A stretch of DNA of 64,000 nt from Oopsacas minuta. Its lineage: Eukaryota; Animalia; Porifera. Where the stretch lies: NCBI GenBank assembly GCA_024704765.1, contig JAKMXF010000318.1:1-64000 (forward strand), read 5' to 3'. Every line of letters starts with the position of its first letter. Position 1 is the first letter of the stretch. The notes under the pieces were generated by a model. That model did not search any database and was not told the origin of the DNA. It saw only the letters and a program-made list of their open reading frames with translations. The position numbers and the translations under genes are program-made. Below, in pieces: positions 13,477 through 25,949 of the stretch.

Positions 13477-16400
13477 TCATTGTATTTGGCATGTTTTGCT
13501 ACCTGCTTCCTGTAGCTTAATAACTCCCTTCATTTGATTTACTTCGGTAGCTTCCATTAGGTCAATAAGGTCTTGGGAGAGTCTCTCATTCGCTTGAGCA
13601 TATTTCAATGAACTATTACCTGAATCATCTACAGCAAACACAGATGAATCACCACGTAGTAGCAATCTTATTGAATCTTCTACTCCCCTTTTACACGCGG
13701 CATGTAACACTGTTCTACCTTTACTGTCGCATTGATGGACATCAAAATGTTTCTTATAAGCTTTAGAGTTCAACAGCAATTGAAGATATTCGGAAGTAGT
13801 TTGTATTGCAGCTACGTGGAGTGGTGTTGAGAGATCTATATTAGGTTGTCCGAGTAAAACAGGATAACGTTTTAACATTGGAGTAATGCAATTCATTGAT
13901 TGATTGAAAATAGCAAATGATATATAACTCAATCCTTTAGAATCTAGTATAGTTATATCTATCTCGTATTTTAACAACATTTCTATGTGTACTGCGAATC
14001 CGTTTTGAATCGCGTAATGTATGGGTGAAAAACCGCATTTATCAAGTTTATTCAAAACCTGTTGATTTGCCTTTTTCATCAATTTCATTAAGCATCCTGT
14101 TGCCTCCAATTTGCAAGCTAAATGATACGCATTTGATCCAGCATTATCAAATAATGTGACGTCAGCACCATGGTTAAGCAACATACTCATGAAGGATACA
14201 TGACCAAGCTGTGCAGCAACTAGCAAGGGGGTAAGTCCAGATTTATCAATGTGATTCACGTTGGCATGTGAACGTATAAGTTCAATCCCTATGCGACCTT
14301 GATCACTAGCTGCAGCGTAGAATATTGCAGTACGCTTTTGTTCATCTTCAAAATTGACTCCAAAGGTTAACACTAAATTCTTTAACACGCCCATTCTACA
14401 ACCACTACGACAGTTCTCGAATAAAGGATGTAATTCATAAACTTGTATAATATTTTCTACGTATTTTTCGGTTAAATTTCCTATCAAAACTTTCTCTTTT
14501 CGCTCTACAATTTTAACAATTTCTTCAGTTTGGTTACTCTCAGACAGTTGAGGGTGAATCGGGAGATTTTTCACTGTTACATCATGTGTCTGGAACATTT
14601 CTGAAATTTGATTAACAGCCCCCCCACCCTCATTTAAACTCTTGTCCCATAAAAACCTCTTCCCGCTACCAATACTACTAGAGTTATCTATTACAGTAAA
14701 CGAACTATTCAGAGACTCATTAAGTTGATTTCTATTGATTCCATTTGTCTGGCTCTTATTTAATATGTTCTTCCCTGCATTCCTATTTACATTTTGAATC
14801 ACTATGTTCTGTTCAGCTATTAATTGGTGGTATATCATATCATCATTAGCGATGTCTTTATCATTTTCGTTTGGATTTTTGCTATTATTAGGCTCGTAGA
14901 ATTCAGTATTAGCAGGTTGTAGTACTTTTGTCGCTTCGGACATTAACCGTTTAATCTCATCAAAACTGAGATTACCAGTGCCAGGCTGAGAACGTCTAGC
15001 GTAATAGAATAAGCTCTCAGCGCCAGCGAACACATACGAACCCTCTGAATGAATTAATGCTCCTTGATCTAGTAACCATTGACCAAACTCTTCGGCAGCA
15101 TGCCATTCCTGAATACCTGTAACATTTTCCATTATCCAGGTTGTTATCACGTGTCCAGTGAACACGCTACCTAGGTCTCTACGTTGAAGTACTTCATTGC
15201 TGCCTCGTGCTTGATAACAGCGAGCAGCTCCTCGTAATGGGTCTTGCAGCATGAAGGTGACAACTTCCGCGATCTGAGCATCACCTATATGATATACAGT
15301 GTAAATTGCGTATATTATTATGGATTAGAGATTATATTATTGTACCTTCTGTCTCTACTGTCTGTTCGAAGAGTGGAGTATGTACATGTAGAGATCTTGG
15401 TAGACCTTCTATATTGACAGCAAGTGAAGGGAGATTTGCTGTATTCTTGTTTGTATCAGTTTTATCTGCATTAGGTGTTTCATAATCCATTTGGATTTGT
15501 TTGTTTGGACCTACGTTTTCAGAATATCTTTTATCTACTTGTACCACAGTTACATTAATATTGAATTGTACGTTTTCCTTTTTCGTGTTTTGTTCAGTTA
15601 CGATTACCATATTCTGTTCAGGAGAAGGCATTTCCTCATTTCTGCTTAGAGAATTAGAATTTGTACTTTTTGATGGAACTAGATCTAAAGATTTGGGTAT
15701 ATTTTCTGAAGAATTTTCTAGAACTTTGTTGTCTAACCCTTGTGGCCTATTCGGAAGCGGAGATGTATTTATAATAATTTCTTCCTGAACAGTGTCATTC
15801 GAGAATCTAACAACATCTGTACGAGTTCTAGCTTGGTAATCACTTCGTGATGCAATATTATCATCAGGAATACTACTCTCTAGCTTATTTTGTAGGCTAT
15901 TTTCAGTTACAAGAGTAATTTTGTGATTTGAAATTGAACTTTCTATCTTTTCAGGTTCAGACTTAGTTGTAGCTGAATTTAATGGTTGGGATTTTATAGC
16001 TGGAACATTTTCATTTGTTTCTGCCTGGCTCATTGTTATGACACCTTTTGGTTGTAACGGTAGGTTAGAATCGATAATATTATCTTTAGTTTTCTCATTT
16101 TGAATTTCTGATGTATTTTCAGTATCACTAATAGTTGTATTCTTACTTCTTTCTAGGTTAATTATTTCTTCGTAAATAAGTTCTTCTAACAAATCAGAAT
16201 CACTGTGATTCCTGGCTGGAAAAGGTAATATTTTACCAGAATATCCAGCTTCCATATCCGCGTCATTATCCCGATTAGAATCCTGGTTTGGTGATAGAGT
16301 AATTGCATCATTATGGGTTTCTATTTGTGTCGGTTTAATTGTGTTTTGTGTGTTTTCTCCATTTGATTCAGTGTTTTCAGAATTCTTAACAGTGATTCGG

Positions 16401-18048
16401 GTTACATTTACTAAAGGCGGGTTTGTATGTTCCAAATCTGGAATAGTGCTCGCGGTTTTTTGTAGTTCGGCAGGGTTATAAGTAATCACAGTTTCATTAT
16501 ACATTTTTTGTTGTTGAGGTAATTTAGTCGGTAAATGTGGCACCAAATCACCAACCAATTTCTCCTCTGAAGAAATATTGTTTGGGGTTGTACTCTCAGA
16601 AATTTCCTGCGAATCTATTGTGGGATTTTTTATAAATTTAATATTGTCAACACTTTCAGATTCATCACTCTCTCCTTTTGTTATCTTTAATCTAAAGGTG
16701 TATTCCAATACAGCTTTTTCTAAAGCAATTGCTGCTTGTGTTATATAATCTTCTCCTTGTTCATCTTCATTTTGGTTTGGTAATTCTGAGCCCTGTAGAA
16801 ATAGAGATCATAAGTTACGAAAGGAATTGGCATTTGAGTATAGAAAATTTGCAATTGTACAGCAAATAATAAATTAGTAAAACTCACATTAACATCATTT
16901 TGTGTCTGTGTACTTAACTCTTGCATGTAAATATTCATAAGTGCCTTCTCAGCGAATATCCTACGATTTGGATAATTCCTAACCAACGCAAACTGATGTG
17001 CAATGCTAAGAATTTGACAAAGCTCATTCGAAGATTCCTCCTCATTCTCATTTAACACGAACTTATCGGGTACTACAGTGATAACGCAAGTTTTACAAGG
17101 ACCTCCTACTCCATCTCTTAACAGAGTACATAGTGGATTTTGAATAGGAAATGTACTATCAGAAATATTCTTAGATTTCATATGATCTAATAGAGATTTT
17201 AGTGGGTCGATCGTATTGGCTGTTAAAAGAGATTGGTTACGTATATCTAATGTAGTAGTGCCTGTTTTTGTCTGTGAGTTTGTATTAGTGGAAAAATAGT
17301 CTGTCGATAATGTTACAAAAGTAAGCTCTCCTCCTATAGGAGCAAACGAAGCAGAAAATCCAGTGAAACCAACATTGACACACATAAACTCATGATAGCC
17401 TAATTTTGCGAGATTGCTAGATCCGTCTTGCGAAATTTCGGATAGAAATTGTGAATAATTCCTATTAATTAGTTGTTTAAGACTGTCTATACTTGTTATA
17501 GTTGTCTTAATAAGTTTCTGCTGTCTGCCTTGAACATCACGGAATAGATAGGCAGCTGTTTCCAACCCACGACACAAATCAAACACGTGGCAATCCTCTA
17601 TAGAAAGTGCATAATGTGAAAAAAGTACTTGAAAAAGTTGCGTGTGTTTACATTTGGAATTGTTGATACAATAAAATATCTGATCAATAGATTCGTATAG
17701 AAGTTCTAATGGTGTGATTTGTGTATTTTTTAGTTGAATATGTGAACTTTGCAGGAATATTATCATACCGTGATATCCAATGAGAGTAGCTTCAATAAAT
17801 GAACGAACATTGTGCCAGTAGAAAGGCTGTGTTTCAGGGTCATATACGATTTTACTTACGTCATAAGAGTTTATGGAAGCTTTGGTGGATTGTGACTGGA
17901 TTAATATTGTGTTAGCGTGGGAAGCATCGACTTTAAGCAGGTAATTTCCTGTGTTAGAGATTGGTAATATATGTGAGAGAGATTTGGTTGTTATTATAGG
18001 CTGGATAACTATTATTGAAGTGATAGAGCAAATTTGTTGTTCGTCCAT
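13477..18048 (-). CDS. About 1470 aa multidomain protein: degenerate kinesin motor domain, low-complexity linker, DEP domain, ankyrin repeats. Exons 16888-18048, 15346-16792, 13477-15284
   Basis: Three track ORFs join in frame through GT-AG introns 16793..16887 (phase 0) and 15285..15345 (phase 1). Kinesin-like segments: ATLIGYHGMI, FQVLFSHYALS..VFDLC, LCTLLRDGVGGPCKTCVITVVP. DEP-like: MLQDPLRG..FTGHVITTWIM..AEEFGQWLLDQGALIH..F...LFY. Ankyrin: GLTPLLVAAQLGH, GFSPIHYAIQNG, STPLHVAA, GRTVLHAAC. The exact start (ATG 18048) is uncertain. Confidence 0.8.
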
Positions 18049-19558
18049 GGAATTGTATTCGTGAGTCTCCAAGTGTTTCTAATGGGGAAATTCTACTACG
18101 AAAATATATCCAACAAAATACTTAAATCAATATATGCAGTCAACTGCCGTTGCATCGAAACTCAAATGACAGCGATAATTATTTCCATATATAGGAAGTT
18201 TGGTATAACCGATAAAAGTTATGTTCTTTGGGAAAATATTCGTACAATTTCAGACTTCGAAATAATCAGGTATTTCGGTATATCCGTGTTCGATATCACG
18301 GGGAGTTGTTTGTAATCTCAATTTGCTTCATCAACAAAATATATATTAGCTTATTACGTATTTAATTTCTCGAAAATATTTACAATTATCATCAAAAAAC
18401 TCCGCCTAGAATATCAATTAGCAAATCACAAAAATTCAAATTTTATAGCTATTGTGATAAAAGTATCCAATGCATTTTTCTGTCTAATGGGAATTTAGTT
18501 CTGAATATTTAATTTATATAGAATTAACTAACCAAAATTTTGATTAGAATGATACAGAGATCGACATCTCAAAATATTTAGTGTTGAATATAATTTGGTA
18601 AGTCAGAGAAGTTAATTAACATATTTGATTGAATGGATAATTCATTTTCGTTGAAAATTATATAATTGTAAGACTGATTGCGAAAATTGGTGTATAATAA
18701 TATTACATTCAGTGATAGCTGTTTTAAAATATGCAAGCAAGCAAAAATAAAGAAATAATCTGTTTCTAAAATTTTCATAATTCCTCGATATCGCAAACTA
18801 TGATTGCTCGTCATTAATATCATTAATAACGGATATATTAGAGAAATGATTCGAATCTCAGTAGAGCTAATACTGTATAAGAGACAGTTTAAAGTTGTAA
18901 TCTCATTTATTTTAATTAAAATGAGGAAAAATAAGTTCCATATAACAAATCATAACAAGAGAGAAGGTTATTAAAATAGTAATTAATTGAAAAGTTAACG
19001 AATTAATTCCCATGAAAGATAAAAGCTAATCAATAGAGAAATAAGTCTATGAAAACATACAGGCACGTACGAGATAGGATAAATTATGATAATTATTAGA
19101 GAAAAGAAATTCTCCAAAAATAACATAGGTTAACATAGGTACATGGCAATGACAATTAGTTAACATAAGTGGATACAAAAACATGACGAGACATCCCATC
19201 GATTTAATATCCCACTTTCACAAAAATATTTCGCATATTTTCACATATTAACAAAGAATAACTCTGGTAATTAAAGAAAGTTTCCTATTGCATTATTTAT
19301 TTACAGTTGCTAATCCGAAAAATTTTAGAACATTTTCCAAAGGTTGTAAAACCTTTAGGGCTTGTTCGGATTAGCGATGGTCTATTGTAAATGCAAAAAT
19401 ATAATCAGCTGACATAGAGTTGTATGCAATCGAGATAAATACGCCATTATAAAGTTCCCATAATATAATATTGCATTGTAATTAGCCATTGAAAGAAAGA
19501 CAACAATTACACACTACATTCAAGAACATTATTTATAGAAGTATTTCAATACAAATCA

Positions 19559-20383
19559 ATGGCAGAGGGAACTAACCAAGATCTAATTCCAGCAGATCAC
19601 CATGAGGAGGAAAAAGTTATTTCTAAGAAAAGAAAACGAGCTCTCGCAAAGAAGAAAGCAATTGAAGAGAAATACCATGCTCCTACAAAACAATTAAAAC
19701 TAGCAGGACGTGGCATAACTTCATTAGATCATTTTCCTACACTTCTACAACTTGACGAATTAGATTTATCTGATAATGCGTTAGAAAACAGTCTGGAAGC
19801 TCTTATTGAAAGTACACCTAAAATATCCATTCTTGATCTAACTGGAAATAAGTTTTCAGAAATAAAATCGTTGAAACCATTAGCGAATCTTGAGAATTTA
19901 AAAAATTTATCGGTGTTTGATTGCCCTTTTACAACCAATGAGAATTATCGTACCGAAATATACGAACTGTTACCGAATTTAATAATACTCGACGGATTTG
20001 ACAAGAATGAGAAAGAACTCAAAAACAACGAAAGTAACAAAACAGAAATACAACAACCGACAAACTCAAACTCCCAGGAGGAGAAAAAACCTGAAAGTTC
20101 ATCTGAAGACGAAGGAGGCGAAGGGAAAATATACAAAGAATTTTTAAGAGATCGTGCTGCTTCTGATGATGAATCAAAGGATGACGATTTTAACCCAAGC
20201 AACGAGGTTTCTAATAATACAGAAAATACATCTGAATCAACGAGTGAGAAAGATTATGATGAAGATACTTCCTCCCAACTATCAGATTCGGGACAGGAAA
20301 GTCAGAATTCTCGTTCTGAAGATGAACAGGAAACAGATGAACCTAGCGCGAAACGAAAGCGGACAGACTCAAATGGAGATTAG
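19559..20383 (+). CDS. ANP32: ANP32-family acidic leucine-rich nuclear phosphoprotein
   Basis: LRRs (LDELDLSDN, ISILDLTGN, LKNLSVFDC), LRR cap YRTEIYELLPNLIILDGFD, acidic tail and terminal KRKR NLS. Confidence 0.85.
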   Translation: MAEGTNQDLIPADHHEEEKVISKKRKRALAKKKAIEEKYHAPTKQLKLAGRGITSLDHFPTLLQLDELDLSDNALENSLEALIESTPKISILDLTGNKFSEIKSLKPLANLENLKNLSVFDCPFTTNENYRTEIYELLPNLIILDGFDKNEKELKNNESNKTEIQQPTNSNSQEEKKPESSSEDEGGEGKIYKEFLRDRAASDDESKDDDFNPSNEVSNNTENTSESTSEKDYDEDTSSQLSDSGQESQNSRSEDEQETDEPSAKRKRTDSNGD

Positions 20384-20517
20384 TTAACAATGTAAAAGAT
20401 TTCTGTAGTTGAGTCTAAATAGTTAGATAGCATACATCTACAATAGTAACTTGATCTATCATATAATATGTGTATAGGAATTATATTAGATTGATTGGCT
20501 TGTTTCATTAATTGAAA

Positions 20518-21792
20518 ATGTCAACATTTTATACAGCATTGGGGGCGGCTGGCAATTTTAACGAGAAGGTGAAAGACATAGAAGATGAGATAGAACAGAA
20601 GTATAGTGAAATATTCTCCGCAGTGGAGGTTAGTAAACAGAATCTATTACAAAAACTGAGAAAAATCGCAGAATTGGAGGATGCTAGCAAACAGCTGAAG
20701 CACCCAGGAGAAGCTTTGAAACTAGGATTCGATAAAAGTGTTTTAGAACACATACATGCTTGTGTTAATATACATCTTAGCAAAGAGTTTAGAAAATCTG
20801 CTTCATTTGACCCTGATGAGATACCAGAAGCTGTATTCCCTAGATCAGGAAAAGACAGCCTAGATATTTCTTTAGAAATGAAAAGCTCATGTTCCTCGTT
20901 ACCAACCGATTCCTTATCACCTTATTCAACACAATCATTGACACCAATACTACCAACTTCATACAAGAAGAATTCCTACCCGACAATAATCGCAGTATCT
21001 CAAGGCAAAGCAGATGAGAACTTAGAGAAAGCACTTGGTTTAGCTGTACATCCTACCACAATGGATATCTACATAGCTGATGGTGGCAATGGAGCAATCA
21101 AGGTATACAATAAAGATGGTGAATTCAAGTTCAAATTTGGTAGTGATGGTTGTAACCCGTATGGAATAACGTTATACGAAGATCTTGTATATATTACAAA
21201 CTGGGGGATAAGTAATTTTCAGGTTTATAATTGGGAGGGTGCTGTGGTGAAAATGGAGGAAATAAATATACTGAATAAACCTCGCGGTATAACTGTGGAT
21301 AGTGAAGGAAATGCTTACGTATGCTCAACTGGAAACAATATAATTGTGTTTATTACTAAAGATAAACATGAAAGTAAAGTATTCGCGGCAAAACACGTAT
21401 TTCGCGAACCTCGTGACGTCAAAATACACAATGGGAGGATTGTAGTGTTGGATGATGATAACCCTTCGTTGCATTTTTTCACACCTCAGGAGGTTCATCA
21501 ACAATCTATAGTTGCAACCTTTAAACAAATCGTAAACCCTTTTGCACATGCATACATATACGACCCAGCGTTTTTTGACATGAAAAGTGATGGCACAATA
21601 TTAGTGACAGATCGGCAGAGACATTATATAAAGGTCTATTCTCCAGAAGGGAAGTACGTTACGAGGATAGGAAAGGAGTGTGAAGTAACCGCAGGGTGTT
21701 TCAGAGACCCAGAGGGCATTGCAATTGGTGCAGATGGTAGGCTATATAGTGTGTGTAATAGGAGGTCTAAAATGTTACAGATATTCTGTTGA
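20518..21792 (+). CDS. NHL-repeat beta-propeller protein with N-terminal coiled coil (TRIM-NHL-like, no RING or B-box)
   Basis: NHL repeats LGLAVHP..DIYIAD, PYGITLYEDLVYIT, PRGITVDSEGNAYV, PEGIAIGADGRLY. First ATG is at 20518 (the track used TTG 20512). Confidence 0.8.
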   Translation: MSTFYTALGAAGNFNEKVKDIEDEIEQKYSEIFSAVEVSKQNLLQKLRKIAELEDASKQLKHPGEALKLGFDKSVLEHIHACVNIHLSKEFRKSASFDPDEIPEAVFPRSGKDSLDISLEMKSSCSSLPTDSLSPYSTQSLTPILPTSYKKNSYPTIIAVSQGKADENLEKALGLAVHPTTMDIYIADGGNGAIKVYNKDGEFKFKFGSDGCNPYGITLYEDLVYITNWGISNFQVYNWEGAVVKMEEINILNKPRGITVDSEGNAYVCSTGNNIIVFITKDKHESKVFAAKHVFREPRDVKIHNGRIVVLDDDNPSLHFFTPQEVHQQSIVATFKQIVNPFAHAYIYDPAFFDMKSDGTILVTDRQRHYIKVYSPEGKYVTRIGKECEVTAGCFRDPEGIAIGADGRLYSVCNRRSKMLQIFC

Positions 21793-22333
21793 ACTACATA
21801 CGTCACATAAAATTTCTCCAGTGTTTTCATAATTGATAATTCTCAGTATATACGTAGCTACTGTGTGCTTAAATACTTGAAATCTGTTAATTCTCTTTCT
21901 TCTATTAATATTTATAGAAAATTTTGTATAGGATTGGGAGAAAATGCATATTAATTAACCGAACAAGATCCCACAAATGTTGGTGAAATTTTCTCGTATA
22001 TGCGTTTAATTTTGTGATATCTGATGGGTATTTAAGCTGTATCACCATGGATATTACTTAAAATTCAGGGAAACTTTGCAAGATCTTGTTTAGTTTGTTT
22101 GTGCAAAATTCTAAAACACGCTGAGCTTCAATACAATAAGATGGCCTGATACTAATAGAGGATTTATTTATTGCAAATAATACATCCTAACACACACAGC
22201 ACTGGCAAGTAGTATATACAGTACTTGTTCATTACAGTATAAATACTTAATTGTAATAGTTGGATAGCAATCAGTTTAGAATACAATTACGGATTATAGA
22301 GGGTAAGAAAGCATAGAAAATTCAGTATTAAAT

Positions 22334-23779
22334 CTAGACATCTGTCACTGTAATACATTTATCGATAAATTCAATGAATCTCCTTGCGTATTGTTCAGAA
22401 TTGACTGTAGATATTTGAGTGCTTGTCTTATGTTTAACTGTTTTCGCTGCGTGGGCAGTCTTTTTCTTAGTCCCATAGTTAGTGAGGATATCAACTAGCC
22501 CCATAAAGTATAGCTCAGCTGTAGGTTGTTGTAGTGAGGCAGATTCTTTGGGGATGACGTCATAATCACCTGGAGTAGTTGCAATTGGATCATTAGAGGG
22601 TATAGATTTTGTAACAGGTTCAGGAGATGTTTCTATTAACTTTAGTGTTGATATATCAGGTACATAGGGAAGGCAGTATACGTCAATTGACTTGTCAACT
22701 ACAGGCCAGAATCCCTCATTTTCTGCTACTTCAGCGTCTTTAGAGTTGTCAGCAATGAACGGTTTTGGTTTCAGATTTGTAGCTGGTGTGACGTCAGGCT
22801 CTTCGGCGGTGGATGGAAGCTGTGAGGGTAAGAATGAGGCCTCTGTGCCAGGGACGGGTGGGTTCGCTTCAGGACCGAGTCCGTCATCTCCTGACGAGTT
22901 ATCCTCAACTACGTCGAGTGGCAATACCTCCTCATCTAGTTCTGGATCTTGTAAACAATCATGTACACCAATCAACATACTGTAATCCATGAGATTTTGT
23001 GAAGCCAAGAAATTGACATCTTCTTTCAATGTACTTAGCAGGTATACTTTTGCCTCTTTGGAAACATTAAGTTTATCGTAATCAGATAGGAAATCAAGAT
23101 CTTTTAAAGTTGGATTGGTTTTTAATCTTTCTTTAGGACTGGCAACTCGATCAACTGTCGAACCTTTTAGATCATATTTCCTGTGTGTAGCGAGTTGAAC
23201 TGAGAATATATTTCTCATAACTAACCAATAGCTTTCTCTATTATCCACTGTGATACGATACATACCCAGATAATGCGGTAGTAGAGTTTTACACTCACAT
23301 GCCACAATGTGGAGATGGTAGTTAGGGAGAATTTGATGTACTAAAGCGATTTCATCACTGGTGTGTGATTTTAAGATGAAACGGCCGTCGTGTGTGCGAT
23401 AGAAATTTGCACCTGATCTACCAGGTGACGTAAGAGGAACAGGGGGTAATGAAGTCAATGTATTCATATACTCAATCTCATCTACTCCAAATCTCTCGCG
23501 TATATTACGGAATACAAGAGGGCAGTATTCTTTAAACTTGAAGTGACCAGGAAGATTCTCTTTATTGTAATACTTATTCTCAATTTGGATTTTAGAAAAA
23601 GCTCTGAAATCTTGGTCCAACAACATAGGAGGTTGTTGTACAGTCATTAGTTGTGTACAGGAGTACGTGATGCCCCAGGTAAACACACTTATGAACGGGT
23701 CGTTAGTACGGTAGACGCGTTTCTTAGGGTAGTACACACGATGACCTTTGCCCTTTGAAAACCTACTTGAAGTTGCCAT
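22334..23779 (-). CDS. PIP4K2: Phosphatidylinositol 5-phosphate 4-kinase, type II
   Basis: Motifs FKFKEYCPLVF, PGRSGANF, YDLKGSTVDR, LKDLDF, MDYSMLIG, GLVDILTNYGTKKKTAHAAKTVKH; intronless. Confidence 0.93.
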   Translation of the reverse strand: MATSSRFSKGKGHRVYYPKKRVYRTNDPFISVFTWGITYSCTQLMTVQQPPMLLDQDFRAFSKIQIENKYYNKENLPGHFKFKEYCPLVFRNIRERFGVDEIEYMNTLTSLPPVPLTSPGRSGANFYRTHDGRFILKSHTSDEIALVHQILPNYHLHIVACECKTLLPHYLGMYRITVDNRESYWLVMRNIFSVQLATHRKYDLKGSTVDRVASPKERLKTNPTLKDLDFLSDYDKLNVSKEAKVYLLSTLKEDVNFLASQNLMDYSMLIGVHDCLQDPELDEEVLPLDVVEDNSSGDDGLGPEANPPVPGTEASFLPSQLPSTAEEPDVTPATNLKPKPFIADNSKDAEVAENEGFWPVVDKSIDVYCLPYVPDISTLKLIETSPEPVTKSIPSNDPIATTPGDYDVIPKESASLQQPTAELYFMGLVDILTNYGTKKKTAHAAKTVKHKTSTQISTVNSEQYARRFIEFIDKCITVTDV

Positions 23780-24073
23780 ACCTGTTCTAAATATTCGAAA
23801 TTAGTAGAAAGAATAATCTCGTTAATTTGTCCTAACTCGTTTATAGGTTTGATGACTAACGACTTTCTTTAAAATTGCAAAAATTTTGTGAATATTCGCG
23901 TGGGTAAAAGAAATCACATTCCATTAGCCATAGATAATCGCGAGGTTGTGGAGAAATTAATTATTATGTGAACACAATTTGATCGAATATTTAACTCTAA
24001 TTATTTATTGATATAACATTATTATTGGAAGTTAATCCATGGATACACTGAAATTACTATGTTTGTGAGGTTA

Positions 24074-24268
24074 TTAGAGACATTTAGTACCACGTCTTGT
24101 ACCAGTTATCCGCTTGTCCCTCGCCATTAGATAGTAATCCCAAGCGTCCATATTTCTTCTCCTTATCTTGCCTTCATTCATATAGATCTGACACCAGTGT
24201 ACTCCGTAGCCTGAAAATGTCAGCATCAACAACATGACTCCCATCGCTGGGAACATTTCCATCCACAT
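24074..24268 (-). CDS. NDUFA1: NADH dehydrogenase 1 alpha subcomplex subunit 1 (MWFE)
   Basis: MWMEMFP start, one TM helix, and a WDYYLMARDKRITG motif; 64 aa. Confidence 0.85.
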   Translation of the reverse strand: MWMEMFPAMGVMLLMLTFSGYGVHWCQIYMNEGKIRRRNMDAWDYYLMARDKRITGTRRGTKCL

Positions 24269-24304
24269 TGTAACTAATTAGCTAGCTGGAAATATTATAG
24301 AGTA

Positions 24305-24412
24305 GAATAAGAAGTACCTCTTCGAGAAACAAAATAGTACGTACAATTCAAGTGTACGTCATATGTGAATAGGGATTGTTTTATAATGAAAGATCATACG
24401 TCTTATCCGTGT
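24305..24412. mobile_element. Decayed copy of the MITE family at 31853
   Basis: AATAAGAAGTACCTCTTCGAGAAACAAAATAGTACGT and TACGTCTTATCCG resemble the left and right ends of the intact copy. Confidence 0.5.
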
Positions 24413-24802
24413 ATTACATATTGCAGAACTCGGAATTCAGTAGCTTATCCCCCTCTAACCGTCAATCTTAAATTTTCCTTTTGTAAATAAATTCTCTTAA
24501 GCTTAAGTACCTATAATTACCTGACATAGCAATGAATCCTGAAATTAATACACTAATTAAGTCAATTACGTACGTAATATTATGGAATACAAACTGGAGT
24601 GAGTTAGCCATGGTAAGCAAACATTAGATTGTAGATATTTAGATATTGTATGTGGAATCTAATAGCATTGACGGAGAGAGATATAGAGAGAATAGCCGTG
24701 ACTTATACAGAAGTTATTAAAATATATTTTACGAATATCTTATATTTATTAAAATTAGCTAACTTCAAATAATATCGTGTTTTATTGGGGTATATCGTCA
24801 AA

Positions 24803-25492
24803 ATGGGTGACGATCAGAAAATGTCTTACAATCAGAAAATGCGAAGGGAAGAGAGCATCTCTCATTTCCTAACTCAAGCGAGAGATTCAGGCTACGTAAT
24901 GGGGCCTGATAATGCTGATACATACACATACAAACTGATACAGACAATGACAGATCAAATAGAAAAGATGACTAATATCCCACCATTGAAAAACGGTTTA
25001 GGTTATATGCCTATAGGCTATACAGCCTATCAACATGGATTTCAACATCCAGGTATGAAGTATGAGAGGAGAATTGTTAGTTTATACGTGAAATTATACT
25101 CAGACCATAGAGGAGGTGAACAGAAAAGCAAATACATTGAGGAAGATGAGAAGAAAGTTGCTAGTTTAAGAGAGAAATTATACACATACCATAGAGGAGT
25201 TGAACAAAAAAGCCAATACATTAAGGATGATAAAGACATTGAGGAAGATGAATACCGTTTTGGGAAACTATATTTTATCATTGAAATTGAGAGAGATATA
25301 ATTGAATGGAAGCATAGGTTAACTGGTAAATGGTATATGGATAGATTGACTAAATCTTCTGATTATCATGTTGATATCTGGGGTTTGCCAGACAGTGGTA
25401 ATCCTAAGAAGAGGCAATGGGTTGATTTGGAACCTTTTAACGGAGACTTTCCGCGCCTACCAGTAAGAGAGGGTCAACGAAGGTTCGTATAG
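24803..25492 (+). CDS. Orphan protein of about 229 aa with an internal 28-aa duplication
   Basis: Intronless ORF from ATG 24803. CCATAGAGGA recurs at 25105 and 25189 (84 bp period). No family recognised. Confidence 0.5.
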   Translation: MGDDQKMSYNQKMRREESISHFLTQARDSGYVMGPDNADTYTYKLIQTMTDQIEKMTNIPPLKNGLGYMPIGYTAYQHGFQHPGMKYERRIVSLYVKLYSDHRGGEQKSKYIEEDEKKVASLREKLYTYHRGVEQKSQYIKDDKDIEEDEYRFGKLYFIIEIERDIIEWKHRLTGKWYMDRLTKSSDYHVDIWGLPDSGNPKKRQWVDLEPFNGDFPRLPVREGQRRFV

Positions 25493-25598
25493 TTTGGATT
25501 CAGATAAATTTGTATATTATTGGGCGTGTGTGTTTGTTAGCATGAGTATATAGCATGTAGTTTATAAAAGCATATTATTTTAAAATATTTATTAATAA

Positions 25599-25769
25599 TA
25601 CAGTAAACTCCGTTAAAACCAAGCTGGATATAACCAAACTCCAGTTATAACGAAGTAATTCTTTACCCCCTATACTCCTCATATTGCTTGAAAATAATTG
25701 ATTCTACTCCGGTTATACGAAATGAAACCGGGGACCTAAACACTTCGTTTCTAACTAAAGTTTACTATA
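25599..25769. mobile_element. TA-flanked Tc1/pogo-type MITE
   Basis: Left end TACAGTAAACTC and right end AAGTTTACTATA form imperfect TIRs; internal GGTTATA/TATAACC motifs. Confidence 0.55.
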
Positions 25770-25949
25770 CACAAATTTTGAAACTGTATTTAAACCGCGG
25801 AGGTATACAACTAAATATAACTAGGAATACTGAGCCCAACTCAAGGTTAAATAAATAATCACACTAGTTACTTTTCGCGTAGAAGATATGGAAATCGCAC
25901 ACAAATAATACAAAAGCAGATTCCAAATTCGTATTAAATACAATGTAAA

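Noticed and set aside
16709-16792. Apparent frameshift or readthrough between track ORFs 16741..18072 and 15332..16708
   Set aside because: A normal GT-AG intron (16793..16887) joins the frames, so no recoding is needed. The same holds for the 15252/15332 gap.
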